From positions 7,439,118 to 7,503,117 of the forward strand of contig NW_003526941.1 in the NCBI RefSeq assembly GCF_000181795.1: a stretch of DNA of 64,000 nt, written 5' to 3'. Below the pieces are notes generated by a model that worked only from the letters and a program-made list of their open reading frames with translations, searched no databases and was not told the origin of the DNA. Shown here piece by piece: positions 26,546 to 40,272 of the stretch; position 1 is the stretch's first letter; each line of letters begins with the position of its first letter. The stretch comes from Trichinella spiralis (taxonomy: Eukaryota). The position numbers and the translations under genes are program-made.

Positions 26546-26923
26546 TAACCTGAACAACAATATGCAAATATTTGTTTCAAATAAAATGGAAGTTAACTGA
26601 AATTGCTATTCTGCTAATCGCTGTTTACACATTGTTATCACTGTTCGTATGTCTGCAATTTGGCAAATATATTAAACAACTAATATCACAATGATGAGCG
26701 AGACTCTAAAGTACTACTCGTACAACATAATCTTCATCACTGAGATGATGAATCAATATTATTTGTGAAAAAAACAAAATAATTTTCTGTAACCTAAAGT
26801 TTTAATATGTGACTGATTCAAGTAACGTTTACATTTTTAAAATAATAACATAATAACAAAAACAACATTAAACTCTTTATTCAATTCCAAACATCATAAT
26901 CACAATATTTAGCTGGTGACAAA

Positions 26924-27516
<593 letters not shown>

Positions 27517-27643
27517 TGCGGTTCAACCACCAGTATAGCAGAATAAAACAAAATGTAATGAAACAAGGAAAAACACGTAGACTTACAGTAGGACAATTGG
27601 AAAACAAAGGTATTAATAAATGCGACTTGGTATTAATCCACAA

Positions 27644-27961
27644 CAATTGTTCTCATATAGTGGGTCGCGACCCATTGGTGGGTCATGAGACGAATTTAGG
27701 TAGGTCGAGGATTTTGAGCCTCAAAATAGAAAAAAATAATGCAGGACACAAGGCGCCTGGGTCATCTGTCCTATGTTGTGATAAGGGCAACCCGTAAGGA
27801 AGCCCATTCTTCGCATGCGCCCAATTATGAATAATTATATATTTGATAACACCTAAATGATCGAAGCTAATCAGCCTTTTGTGTTTATTGGAGCTAGGTG
27901 GGCTGCGAAAACTTTCTGTTTAAAAAGTGGATTGTAGTCTAAAGAACTTTGGGAACCACTG
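27644..27961. mobile_element. Non-autonomous hAT (Charlie/SPIN/URR1-like) DNA transposon remnant, 318 bp
   Basis: Right end TTGGGAACCACTG is the reverse complement of CAGTGGTTCCCAA. The degenerate left end CAATTGTTCTCA is followed by GTGGGTCGCGACCC. Flanks atccacaa / acacagaa match 5 of 8 (eroded TSD). Confidence 0.75.
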
Positions 27962-28359
27962 ACACAGAATACTGTTACGGTTACAAAAATAAAATTTTAC
28001 ATTAAAAAATATTGTATTTTATATGAATTACAAGTAATAAATAGTAAACAATGCCTAAAAACTTTTGACAAAATGGACACAAAGTGTGCATATAGAAAAG
28101 CAAAAGCGTATAAATTCACGAGTTTAATGCGCAGTGTGATTCATCATTCCTGATTCTGATTCCGCCTTCAAATCAGCGAAGCGTTTTTCTCGTCAATCTT
28201 TTGTTTAGCTTTTATCGGTGCATCCGTTAGTTTTTGTCTAATCGCGAAACTTCTACAAATTGCGAATCGCTATTTCACAAAACAGCTGCAGATAGTATAA
28301 TTTTCAATCAAAACTATCATAACCAAGCAATTTATTTTCATCTGAATTCACAATAAACC

Positions 28360-28614
28360 TCAAAAAGGTTTTTTTCGATATTTTGTTTTCACAGTCAGAT
28401 GACATTTGCCTCCTTTTGGGCGGCAAAGTACGGTGTTACAACCCGAACACGTGACAACTGTTTGAGCGTGAGAGAACACCGTTGTTATCTTGAAACACCC
28501 CTTGCACTTTATATCCATAAAGTAAGACTTCGGATGTGGAACCAATCGCTTCAATTTGCACTTTCTTTTCTCTTCTTCAGGATCAGGATGCAGCAAATCC
28601 TTTGCTAATGGCAT
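28360..28614 (-). CDS. rps-27: 40S ribosomal protein S27 (eS27), intronless CDS, 84 aa, divergent C-terminus
   Basis: [10 protein letters not shown]...[45 protein letters not shown]. All four Zn-finger Cys are retained, and a TTTCAG acceptor lies 9 nt upstream of the ATG. Confidence 0.95.
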   Translation of the reverse strand: MPLAKDLLHPDPEEEKRKCKLKRLVPHPKSYFMDIKCKGCFKITTVFSHAQTVVTCSGCNTVLCRPKGGKCHLTVKTKYRKKPF

Positions 28615-29870
28615 GACGATACACTGAAACGAAAAACAATTCAGAATCACAAATTATATATATGGATTCAACATAGTGTTAAATGTTTTCAGAAAAAGTA
28701 TTAACTTTTCATTACTTTACCCAATTTGAATTTAATTTACATTCGTTAGTAACAAACCACATGATAAAATGCAATTTCCGTCTCTTACGATTAATAAACA
28801 ACAAAGCACACTCATAAAATTAAACTAAAATTTAATCGCATAAATTAAAAATACTTGCAAGCAATTGCTACTGAAAGGAAAAATTATTTAAAATAATAGA
28901 AAATAAAGGAAAAAAATCGTCAACTTTAGCAACTAAGATGAGAACAAAGCAATTCCACGACTTACAGTCCACAATGTGAAAATCAGGAAGAATTATTTTA
29001 TTTCTTGTTAAGAGATTTTATTTCTATCTAAAACTTAACATCAAATAATCCATTTCAGAAGTAAATTAAAATATAGATTTTTTTATTTTAAATAACATTT
29101 TGTCTAAGCTTATTAGTAACATTTAAATGGAACTTATTAGTAACATTTAAAAGGAAAACTTTTTTTGATTATTATATTTAATAATTTATTTATGTTATTA
29201 AAGTGTTAATTTTTTTTATTATGAAGTTTATTTCTAGAATTACCATTTGTTGTCCTTAATTAAATACAGGAGCTGCAGTCGTACTGTAATTATCAAATCA
29301 CCCTCTATTCGAGTAGCTTAAGTAGTTTGACAACAAATACTACGTGGGTAAGATAACGTTAGTTTTTAATTTTTTTTAATTTAGTACCGTACTTTTAAAT
29401 TACGTTTACATTAAATAAAATATTCACTGCTGTTTATATTCTCATACATCCAAGCACTTATATTTGTCAAATAAATGGCTTAAGTCGTTTTTTATTCCAA
29501 AATACAAAACAAAATGTTGATACAATTTGTTTCATATGGATCGTTCTGTTCTGTTATTTATTCATTTTCATTTCTGCTTCGTTTGGTTGTGATGTTTACT
29601 AATTAACAACAAGCGTTTTACGAAACTCATGAAAAAACACAAATACATAATCTGCATTGCATATTTCTGCTGTATTTGTTCGGTGATTTATTTCAACTTC
29701 GCTTATTTATTTTGTACATAAGAATAATTCTGTTTTTATGATATGAAATGTGGAAATAATTGCTTTTTTGTTGATATACGGCGAAAACAAGGAACATAAA
29801 ATCAAATTTTGATGAGTTTCATTTTAAAACTTAGCTTTCGACTCTTAGAATTTAGATAGATAGAACAACG

Positions 29871-32077
29871 ATGCTTACATTCACCAAGCGCTTCAGCTTG
29901 CTGTTTCGAACACTGACCAACTTACCAAAACAGTACGTACAGGCTGTTTCAATTAAGGTTTGTCATTTTTTCGTAGTTGTGCATTTAATCATTTTACCTG
30001 CCTTATATTTTACCCATTAGAAAATCACATCCACAAGTGCGAAAGATGCCGTTATTCGAAAATGTGCCTTCGATCGTGGTTTGTTATTTTCTTAATGTAT
30101 TTTTTCCATCTTCCTGTAATGTTTTTTTCCAATTTCAATACTTTTTTCAAGTAAAAAATCGTTATTTAACTTCATACAATTTAGATATTTTGGATACCTT
30201 TGAACGAAGATGTATAATAAGTTTTCAAACTGTGTTTGAAAAGCGAAATTTTCATTTTTCTTCTATTCTTGGTATATTTATATTGGTTTGATGAGCAGTA
30301 GTCAATCGATCAAAACAGAAACAGTTGTTCATTCATTTAAGGTGATAATATTCTCGATGTTGTGGGACCTCCTTTTCCTGAGTCGATCAGCGAAGGGGAT
30401 ATTCGATGGCTGAAACGTAATTTTCACTCAAATGTTTTTGACAAGATCGCCAATTTCAGTGTGAAATTATATTTTTCCAGAAAAAGGTGATTACGTGGAA
30501 GTGGATGAATTAATAGCTGAAATCGAGACCGACAAAACTAGCGTAGAAGTGCGTGCTCCGCACAGCGGTATTATCACAGAAATTCTGATTCCAGACGGCG
30601 AGAAAGTCATTGCTAAGCAGCTTCTTTCACGTCTGGACGTATCTGGTAAATGATGAACTTCGGGTGCAAAAATTTTTTCCAATGGCAAATCTATCTTGAA
30701 TTGCTTCAAATTTAGCACCAGCTCCTGATGGTAAGGCCTCTTCAGTTCCTCAGCCGCCTCCACCACCCACTGCTGCTCCAACTCCGACAGCGGCAGCTCA
30801 TCCAGCTGAAAGAACAACCATCACTACTCCATCTCCACCCCCACCTCCCCCTCCACTTTCGACATACGTTCCTTCGGGGGTATCTTCGGTAGAACAACAG
30901 CAACAACGCACCGATATAGTTGGCATTCGTACAGAGCACAGGGTTAGTGTGAAAAATGAACATTTTCTTTTCGCAAATTGCAATCTGTTCAGTGTGATGA
31001 ATTCAGGTGAAAATTAACCGCATGCGTTCCAGAATTGGTCAACGTCTCAGGGATGCAGTGAACACCTTTGTAATGCTGACCACGTTCAACGAAGTCGACA
31101 TGAGGTATACATATATATATATTTATTTATTTCTTTATTTATTGTTGCTGCTTTTCATTTCTTTCGGTCTTTTGTTGCAGTGCTTTGATGGAAATGCGTA
31201 AACGACACAACGAGCAGTTTCAAAAAAAGCATGGCGTTAAGTTGGGCTTGATGTCGCCGTTCATCAAAGCAGCCTCTTATGCTTTGATTGAACAGCCAGT
31301 TGTTAATGCTGGTTAGTATATTATGGCAAGTTGCTGTTTTGCCTTTCTTTCCAATGCTCAAGCAATGCTATTGCAGTGATTGATGAAAGCGAGATTGTGT
31401 ATCGTCATTTCGTGGATATCAGCGTGGCGGTGGCAAGCGAACGGGTGAGTAGTGGCAATAATGATGATGTTGAAAATCGCCAGAAATAATACTTTTACAT
31501 TTTTAAAATTTCTCTTCAGGGTTTAGTAGTTCCAGTGATTCGAAACGTCGAGTCGATGTCCTATGCAGAGGTTGAAAAAGCAATTGCACAATATGCAAAA
31601 TTGGCAAGTGTTATTGTTATCTTCTTCTTCTTCTTCTTCTTGTAATTTGTACTTACGTATATGTGTGTATGTTGCTTTCATTTTCAGGCTCGAGAAAATC
31701 GTTTAGCAATTGAAGATATGGCCGGCGGTACGTTCACCGTTTCTAACGGAGGAGTGTTCGGTTCGCTGTTCAGCACGCCGATCATCAATCCACCTCAGTC
31801 AGCCATTCTCGGTCTGCATGCAATAAACGACAAGCCAGTTGTAGTTAACGGGAAAGTATACATATAAATATATTTATATTTATACGTATATATTGTTGTC
31901 TATATCTGAAAATAATTTCATCACTATTCCCTTATTCAACAGATCGAGATTCGTCCAATGATGTACATCGCGTTGACTTATGATCATCGCCTGATCGACG
32001 GCCGTGAAGCGGTGACGTTTTTGCGAAAAATCAAACTTGCAATTGAAGATCCGACTATCATGCTATTGAACTTGTAG
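29871..32077 (+). CDS. DLST: Dihydrolipoamide succinyltransferase (E2 of 2-oxoglutarate dehydrogenase), multi-exon
   Basis: Basic presequence [15 protein letters not shown]; lipoyl domain ESISEGDI...IETDKTS; Pro-rich linker; [40 protein letters not shown] and catalytic TYDHRLIDG. Confidence 0.97.
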
Positions 32078-32936
32078 ATTATATTACCTGAAATACTTAT
32101 CAAAATATAAATGTTAGACATCCACCACTAGAGTTCTGACTGCTGCTTCTCTGTCTGTCATTTCAAATTTAATTCTTCCTCTTCTTATGCTGCACTCTTT
32201 GCAAACAGAAAGAAAGAAAGAACATTACTGATTCAGTCAATCAACCACACCTTACGTACATATACGTAAAACATGTACGTATATTATGGTTGTTTGATGT
32301 TAAATCGAAAAAGCATATTCTGGTAAATCTTTTTCTCTCGAAAAGTGAAAAATAATAAAATTACAGAATTACATACGAGCTAACAAAAAAAAAAACCTTT
32401 AAACGACGCGAACATTTGTGAAGAACACGCCTGTAACCAACGTATGTCATTGATAACCAACCAACCGTCCACTGGATAATAAATACAATGTACTGAAAGT
32501 TGAAATGGTTAGCAAGCTGAAGCAAAATTAAGAGTTTATATATATTAAAAAAAGGAATCAAACAAAACATAGGCAAAGCAGAAAATAAATATGAATTATT
32601 ATTATTCAACCGACTATTTGGAAAAGCACGTTCAGTCTGGCCATGTTTAGTAGCAACTAATCGAGCAAGCAACGCTTGCAAAAATGACAAAGAATGAAAA
32701 ATCGGATTCTTTTCGTTGAATTAAACAATTAAAAAAATAATAAATAAATAAATAAATAAAACAAAACAAAAAACAAACCAACAGAGAAACAAAAAGGCTG
32801 CGTTGCCTGAGCGTGATGTGAACTATGGGATGGATGGGTGAGCGAGTTCAGCCGTTGGTTGTAGTTCGTTGCAGCAGTAGCAAAGTTGAATTAATATTAT
32901 CATGAATAGAAAATTAATTAATTAATTAAACCAAAG

Positions 32937-35900
32937 TCAAATTGGCGGTAGGCTGGTCACCGTTCGGCCAACCGGTCGATGTCTAGCGCCGAGCAAAAAT
33001 CGACGTCGACATCGATGTTGGCAAAACTTCAACGGAAAATAGCACCACAAGCATGGAACAAACAACGACAACAATGCGAACAACATCCAACGGATGCAAT
33101 GATGTCTTGGATGGTTGCCGTGATTATTGGTGTCATTAGCGTGATCGTTGCTGTTGTTGTCGTCCTCATCGACGTTGATTTCGTTGCAAGAGCATGGCCA
33201 ATGGAACCAACCGCTCAAGGATGATCGTTGGTCAGTCGACGTTGGATCTTTGCAACCACAAATATACAAAACGCAATTGAAACACCAAAAACAAGACACT
33301 CTATGACAAGCCAATACAATGAAATAAATTTTTCACAATAACTACAATAGAATAAAATTACTTTTGCACCAAGGATTCAAATGGATCTGGAGCAGCTGGA
33401 CAAACACCAGGCACGTTCTGGTCAACCAAGTAAAAACGCTTACAATAACAGCATTGTTCCCGTTGGACGAAATCTTTCAACAAGCCCTGAGTATCTTTTT
33501 CTTGCTGTCGTTGTCGCTGTTGCTGCTGCTGCTGCTGCTGCTTTTGTTGGTGTTGGTGTTGCTGATGATGTGCTGATGCTGTAGATGAGGGTAAAAGAGG
33601 CTTCAACACATGACCAAATGATGATTCACATCTGTTCTGCTGGGATAACGTTGACAAAGAGGTATCAGCTGAACAAGTCTGCATTGTCGAAACCGTCGCG
33701 TAACAGTTGGACGACTGACAAACACTACGACGATGATAGTGACCGCAAGAGATCAACTGTTCACCCAAGGATACGCAATGTTTGGCGCAATTTCCGGATT
33801 TGCATTTCTTTTTGGACATGCTTCTACTTGGAAAAAAATCCTAAAACCAAAATCAAAAATGTGAATAAGAATAATAAAAAATAAAAAAAATAATAAATGA
33901 AATATTTACTTGACTAGAGGAGCTGTGACTGTTGAACAATTTCAAAAAAGCACGTCTCCTGAACGATGATTTGCCATTGGTTTTCAGCTTCGCCGCCGCT
34001 GACTCTGCAGCATTGTTGCTTTCTTTGAAGCTGACCGCGGAAGCAAAAGAAAACGGATTCGAAGCAAAAGGTGTCGTGAACAAGCGTCCAGTGCAGGATG
34101 ACGATTTTCCAGCTTCGAACGTGCCCGTCATTTGCAGCGCACTGACCGATGGCGACGTCTTCAACGGATATGCACTGCATGCATTCTTTGCGGACGGGCC
34201 GGCATTGATGGAACTCTGCGATCTGCACAACGCCGATTTCGACATAAAACCTGGAATACTGCGCACCACCGGATAACGTTGAGCACCTGAGACTGGAGGC
34301 TCGCGGCCAAGAGGTAATTCAATAGGCTTGAAAAAGTGCAAAATGAACCAGACGATTAATACTAGGTAATTAACAATAATTAATGAACAAACCATGAAAA
34401 CGTCGTCTTCGAGTTCATCTTCGAAATACGATTCTCCAGAACCTAAATCATCAAATTTCAATATCCTTCAATACAATTGCAATAATCCTAAAACACTACA
34501 CTACATCGAATTTTCACATTTTTTACATCATAAGATATAGTGAGATTAATTACATAAACGACAACTCGGCAATATCTTCACGACATTAGCACAAATTACG
34601 CTATTATTAATCACTTCTGTCTGCTTATCAGTAAAACAAAAGAAACTGCACAAAGCAAGAAGAAAGAAAGAAAGAAAAAGAAAAGCAAACTACACATGCA
34701 TCAAAATTAATTGATTCAAATTGCACCGTTAATTGACTTTTTCAAAAGAAGTGAAATAAAATTTAAAAAATTTACTTCTTCAAGCCAATTTTCGATAGCT
34801 GAAATCTTTAAATGCTTCAATATATTTTATCCGATCGATACAACAACTTTCAATTAAACGTTAAATTTCATTGTTCATTTAAAAGTGAAACTTAAATTGC
34901 GCATGTTTAAAATTCTATAAAAAAAAGAACTCACAAAATGAAAACTGAACAATAGCTGCACCGTAAATAAACCCAATAACATCGGTGGCTAGCAATTTCA
35001 AATGAAACATTCAAACAAACTGTATTTTATAGCTGGTTAGCTAGCAAGCTATAGATATTGCGTGCATAGTGAAGCTTCATCAATTGCATATATATGCAGC
35101 AAGAACTGTAACTAAAACCTACCGTCTTCCTTGTCATTTACAAATCTTTGAAATTGTAAAAATTAAAATTGATTAAAAAAAACAAACAAAGCGTGATTAA
35201 ACTAATTAGAAAACAAATACGCTTGTAATGAATACTTATTTGAAACAAAAAAACATCCATTTCCTATACAACAAAAGATATGTGCACGACATGTGGAGAA
35301 ATAGATTAAAAACTAAAGAATTATAATAAATCAGATCAAAAAAAAGAAAAGAAAAAATTTTTTTCATATAATTACTAGATTTGCTTTGACGACTGACGTG
35401 TTCTACGGCCTTCTGCAACTTGCATCGAAATTTGCAAGCATCAGAGCTAAGCAAAAACTTCAGCCCGAATCGGTTGGAGCCAATTTGCCATGATTGGAAT
35501 GTCGGCATCACTTGGTACGAGTTGACATCACCCGGAAGACGGAGATGAAGCAAAACCTAGAATGAAAAATAGCAACAAAATTTTTAATTGCAATTTGAAA
35601 TGTTAATCGACTGAAGCAAAGGAAAAAACTAAAGAAAAAATAAGCATGATTTATAATACTTGATAAGGTAATTAATTGATGCTTGTATTTTCGTTCAAAT
35701 AAAACATCATATACAAACACGCATCTACAAACCAATCACTGCTGATATAATATAAATAGCATTGAATGCGAATGCTTATAAATTGTTTTAAAATAGTTTG
35801 CAATTTTGAATAATCTCTAAGATGAAGTAGAATGAATAAACAAACAAAACAAATAAAAAGGCCATATAGAAAAATGTTTCAAGATTTTAGAAGAAATTAG

Positions 35901-37748
35901 AGAAATTCGATCAAGTAAAATTTCCCTTTCACAGTGGAAAACGATCAATTGCTAAATAAGTCGCCCTGGTCGCGCTGAGCTAATCAAATCACGTCAGACC
36001 GGAAAGCGTTGATCAGACAAGCTGGCTAGAAATAGCTTTGCTTATTTCACCTTATCCACATGCCATCGCATGTGAACATCTTGCATTCGATTGTAAAATT
36101 GCAACTTTCAATTGGTGAAATGAAAAATTTTCTACAAAACCACAAAACTCCACACTGACCACGCCCCAGTCCCAGAAAAACCATGAACAAAACCCATACA
36201 AGTGAGACATGGAAAACATTTTTCACAACTTGAATCAATTTATCAATTAAATAAATTATAAATAAGAAAAAACCAAATTATATTCGACAGTAATGTTTCA
36301 TCATTTCACTTCTTCATTCATATGTGACCACAAGAATGGAAAACAATAAAATATTATTTTACATATAAATTAAGAAACGATACATACATACATATGAAGA
36401 AAAGAATTTCATTCAAAATTGACCTATTAAATCAATGTACAGCAATATCCATTAGCGGGCCAATTGAAATTGTAAAACTTCACTGAGCCAGAAAATTGCA
36501 GACTATTTCTAGAAGCAACTAATCAGCCTGCCGCCTGGCCCAAAAAGCACTTTACTGGAAGAAAAAAAAGGTGACAAGGTGTTGCATATCATTAAACATG
36601 ACAATACAGCTCAATAAAAAGGTGAATTTTGTAAAAAGAAAAAGCACAACAAAGAGTTCAGTTGGCCAAAAATGTATTTATTCCATTCAATGGAAAAAAC
36701 CTTTCATTCATTCACAATTCAACTAAATTGAATAGCAAACATCTGCTCCACTGACAACAACTATTCTACTCGATTAGAATCTTTATCAAATATCTTATAA
36801 TCAGTTTCATAATTAAGATTTATTATCCTTATGAATTTATTATTATTTGGTACCTTTCATTAAAGTATAATTTTTGCATTTGTAATTTGTATATAATCAT
36901 AAAAAGCCTTTGCCAGGATCAACAATAAACAATGACTGCACTGCTTGCACAAATTAATAAATAAACTCTTCTACCAAAAGCATTTTCAAATTTGACTGCA
37001 TTCCTGAATCGTGTTGATAAATTACAAATTTATGAAATTAATCATTTCACACTGACAAATGCATTTTTCCATGCCAGCTTTGAAAAGTTTCACAGAAGAG
37101 AATAGAATAAAATAAAATAAATTAAACATAGTCTATTCAGCTGAAGCTAACAGATTGAAAAACCAAAAGTGCAACCCAGCTATGCTTTGAAAAATTAAAT
37201 CTAATTATAAACGCGACACCAAACAGAACAAAAACACAGATGAATAAAAAATAAAAACAAATTCAAGCGTACCTTTTTATCTTCAATACGCTTGCCACTG
37301 ATCCAATATTCATATCGGATACCACTGACAGACAATGGTCGGTATCCGTTGCATTGATCACCTTCGGTCGACCCGCGCTCCGTGTAGCCGTAGTGCAACT
37401 TTTGTTTGATGCTCAATTCGGACAAGCCGCCACCTTCCAAAGGATACCAGCCACAGTACTTTTCGTCCCATCCCATAATCTGCGCAGGCACCATAGTCAA
37501 AGTTTCACCGGCAGAACTGAAATAATAATTTTTAAGTGATAAATAAAGCAGAAAGAAAAAAAAAGAAAAGCAACAAGTAGGAGTAACACAATTTGAAGAG
37601 GTCGGTCAATTAATGCCGACAGTTGATATATATCTATATATATTTCAATGTATTTATTCTGTGTCTGTGAAGATAAGAATTATAAAAAAAACTTGGGAAA
37701 AGAGTTAAATTTCTAATTTTACCCGTCAAGTGTTGCTGAATCAATCAT
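32937..37748 (-). CDS. SPRED: Sprouty-related EVH1 domain protein
   Basis: N-terminal EVH1 (AQIMGWDEKYCGWYPLEGGGLS...GKRIEDKK|VLL...PTFQSWQIGSNRFGLKF), EDDVF motif, polyQ, and C-terminal Cys-rich SPR domain (REQCCYC...CPAAPDP...RWMLFALLSLFVPCLWCYFPLKFC). First exon MIDSATLDG (37723-37748) is phase-compatible. Confidence 0.92.
33502..33570 (-). repeat. CAG-rich coding repeat (polyQ/H) in SPRED
   Basis: (tgc)n on the + strand encodes HHQQHQHQQKQQQQQQQQRQRQQ. Confidence 0.9.
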
Positions 37749-40272
37749 GTGTGAATGAAGTGAAGAAGGTTCATCGTTTGGCTTTTCCAGTGGTGCGTTT
37801 CCGCAGATGAATGCTGTTGGCCGTCAGAGGATGGGAACTTTGGAAAAAAAAGTGGCCAAGCAAAGGAAGAAGCAAGAAAAAGTTGAACAACACAAACAAC
37901 AACAAAAACAAAAAGTTGGGTTTGATTTCGATGCTCCTGTTTTCAGAGCGAAAAATTAAGCGCCCGACTAGCTCTAGCAAGCTTCTGCTTGGACGACCAA
38001 TCGCCCAAGCAAGCTAACGAAGCGCAAAATCGAACGGTGAAAATATATTCCATTCAGCAACACCAATCGCGTTTGCCACAACTAAACGGAAGCGTGAATT
38101 CTTTCCATTCATCGAATGCGCCCAGCCTCGATCTCATTCATTCGTTTCCTCAGTCAGCATCGGCTTTTTCCTCACCACACGAACGAACTCAGATCAGAGC
38201 GATCAGAAAAAATCGATCAATCGACCTCTGTAAGCTCTCAAACAATTAACAACAAATCCGAGCCAGTGCGGCAAAAACCACCAACTCTTAACACCATTCA
38301 CTCGCTCGCTGAACTAACTATGCAAAACGACGACTCAATGAAATACTTACTGTACAATAATAATCAAGGTTCACAAAAGCGGTAACTCAAAACAACCCAT
38401 TTATATGTGTAATATATTTTTCATTTATATTAATTTCAAAATAAAATTCTATTAACAACTGCAACTTTTTATAATTAAATTTTTTCCCCATTCTTAGACA
38501 TACAAATGCAATCATAAAATACAGTAAGAATGAGAAATATTTTTTCAACCATAAATGTGTCAAATTTTATTTAAACCAGTTTCTTGTTGTTAAATTATGC
38601 CAACTAGGACTTTTTCAAGATGCTAAATTTAAATATTTGTTTTATTACATTTCACAATTAAAATGTGATCACCACTTCGATGAGTTCAATTTTGATCATC
38701 TAATAATGATAATAATGTTCCAATTGTACAATTGAAAATTCAAAATTCAATCTTTTTCAATAAATGTAAACTAATTTCCAAGTATAGAATGCCAGAATGG
38801 GAACGGTTGCGCAAAGAGTTTGAAATATTTTTACAGTTTCAAACAATTCAATGTTGAGATCATCTGCAAATACAATTTATAGCAATAGAACATCGGTGAA
38901 GACGTTCGTTAGCAAACACAGATAACAGTTGCCGTAATGAATAAACAAATCTCGGATGATGGACACATTAAAATCTCTTTCTTACACATTACAACAGGAT
39001 GATGTTGGAGAAATAACTGTGCACAAAAACAATGTGCTTCTTTCTCACTTTGTTTTATGAAATGAAGTTCGCAGTAAAATGACTTCGAAATATCAAAAGA
39101 ACAAAACAAAAAATATTTGAATTGACATGTTCTTTGTTTTTTCCTCGCTTTCATCTGCAGCTGTTTAACAGAGAGAATCGATCATTTATAATAATAACTG
39201 AGCTGAGCAATTCATGCATTTATTTCAAAGCCTCATACAGACGACGTTGCTGAACGAGTGCTTTTCTCCCAAGCAAATCGAATCACTTGTTTGCATAATT
39301 CGCTGAAAGCAATTTTAATAAACAGCACGCAGAATGCGAGTTGTTTGAAATTTGAATTAAGCTCTGAAAGGAGAAACTTTGAAAAAAAATGAAAAAACAC
39401 ATTCACAGCGCAAATTATTCCACTCCACTTCACTTATCAATATGATTTTGTAATTGTAAGCTTCAGCTTGAGAAAAACATTTTTCAAATCTAATCATAAA
39501 AAACATTTTCCTTACCCAACCTGTTCATAACATACGGCGGTGGTGAAAAATTGACGAGAATTACATATACTAAGCGTTAACAACATCGCATTTTTTTGCA
39601 TTTCAATCAAACACAACAAAACAAAACAGCGCACAATAAACGGTGTCTAATTATGCAAGCAAGGTCTGACTATCGTAACAAACTGATGGTTAAGAATAAA
39701 TGACATTTCTGTTCAATATTTTCTCATAATGCGTTGTTATTTCTAAAAATAATAAAATGATAAGTGATATTACAGTTTGAAATAATGGAATAAAATACCA
39801 AACTCTGTTAAATGGAACATATTTAGTTTTGTTTCTGATGAATTAATTTATCCATTTGTTGCTGCTGACTGTTTCTTCAGAAAACGATACAACAATTCTA
39901 CAAAAAAAAATCCATCCTGCAAAATGTTCAACTAATTATCAGTATTCATCGCGGTTTCTTCATCACTGGTTGTTATTTCTGTTTCAGTTCTTCATCTCGC
40001 TATTCAAGTTCAAAAATTTAATAAACAACTAAATCATCCATATTACACTGAAAAACAAGAACACGTTGGATAATTTAAAAATAGAAAAAAAGACGTTTCT
40101 GTACTCGTCAAAATTCTTCACAGCCAAAAGCATGAAAAAGAAAAAAAATTTACAAAATACAAATCGATAACATGCGACTGAAAAGTTATTATGCAAGGCT
40201 GCAGAAGACATGGCACGAGCAAGAGCACAAATATATGGAGAATAATTAACATAAAAGAGAAGAAATAAATGG

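Noticed and set aside
39850..40010. Extra terminal MAPKBP1 exon (ELLYRFLKKQSAATNG*)
   Set aside because: It loosely resembles the family C-terminus, but I could not establish a convincing splice path from the exon ending at 40273.
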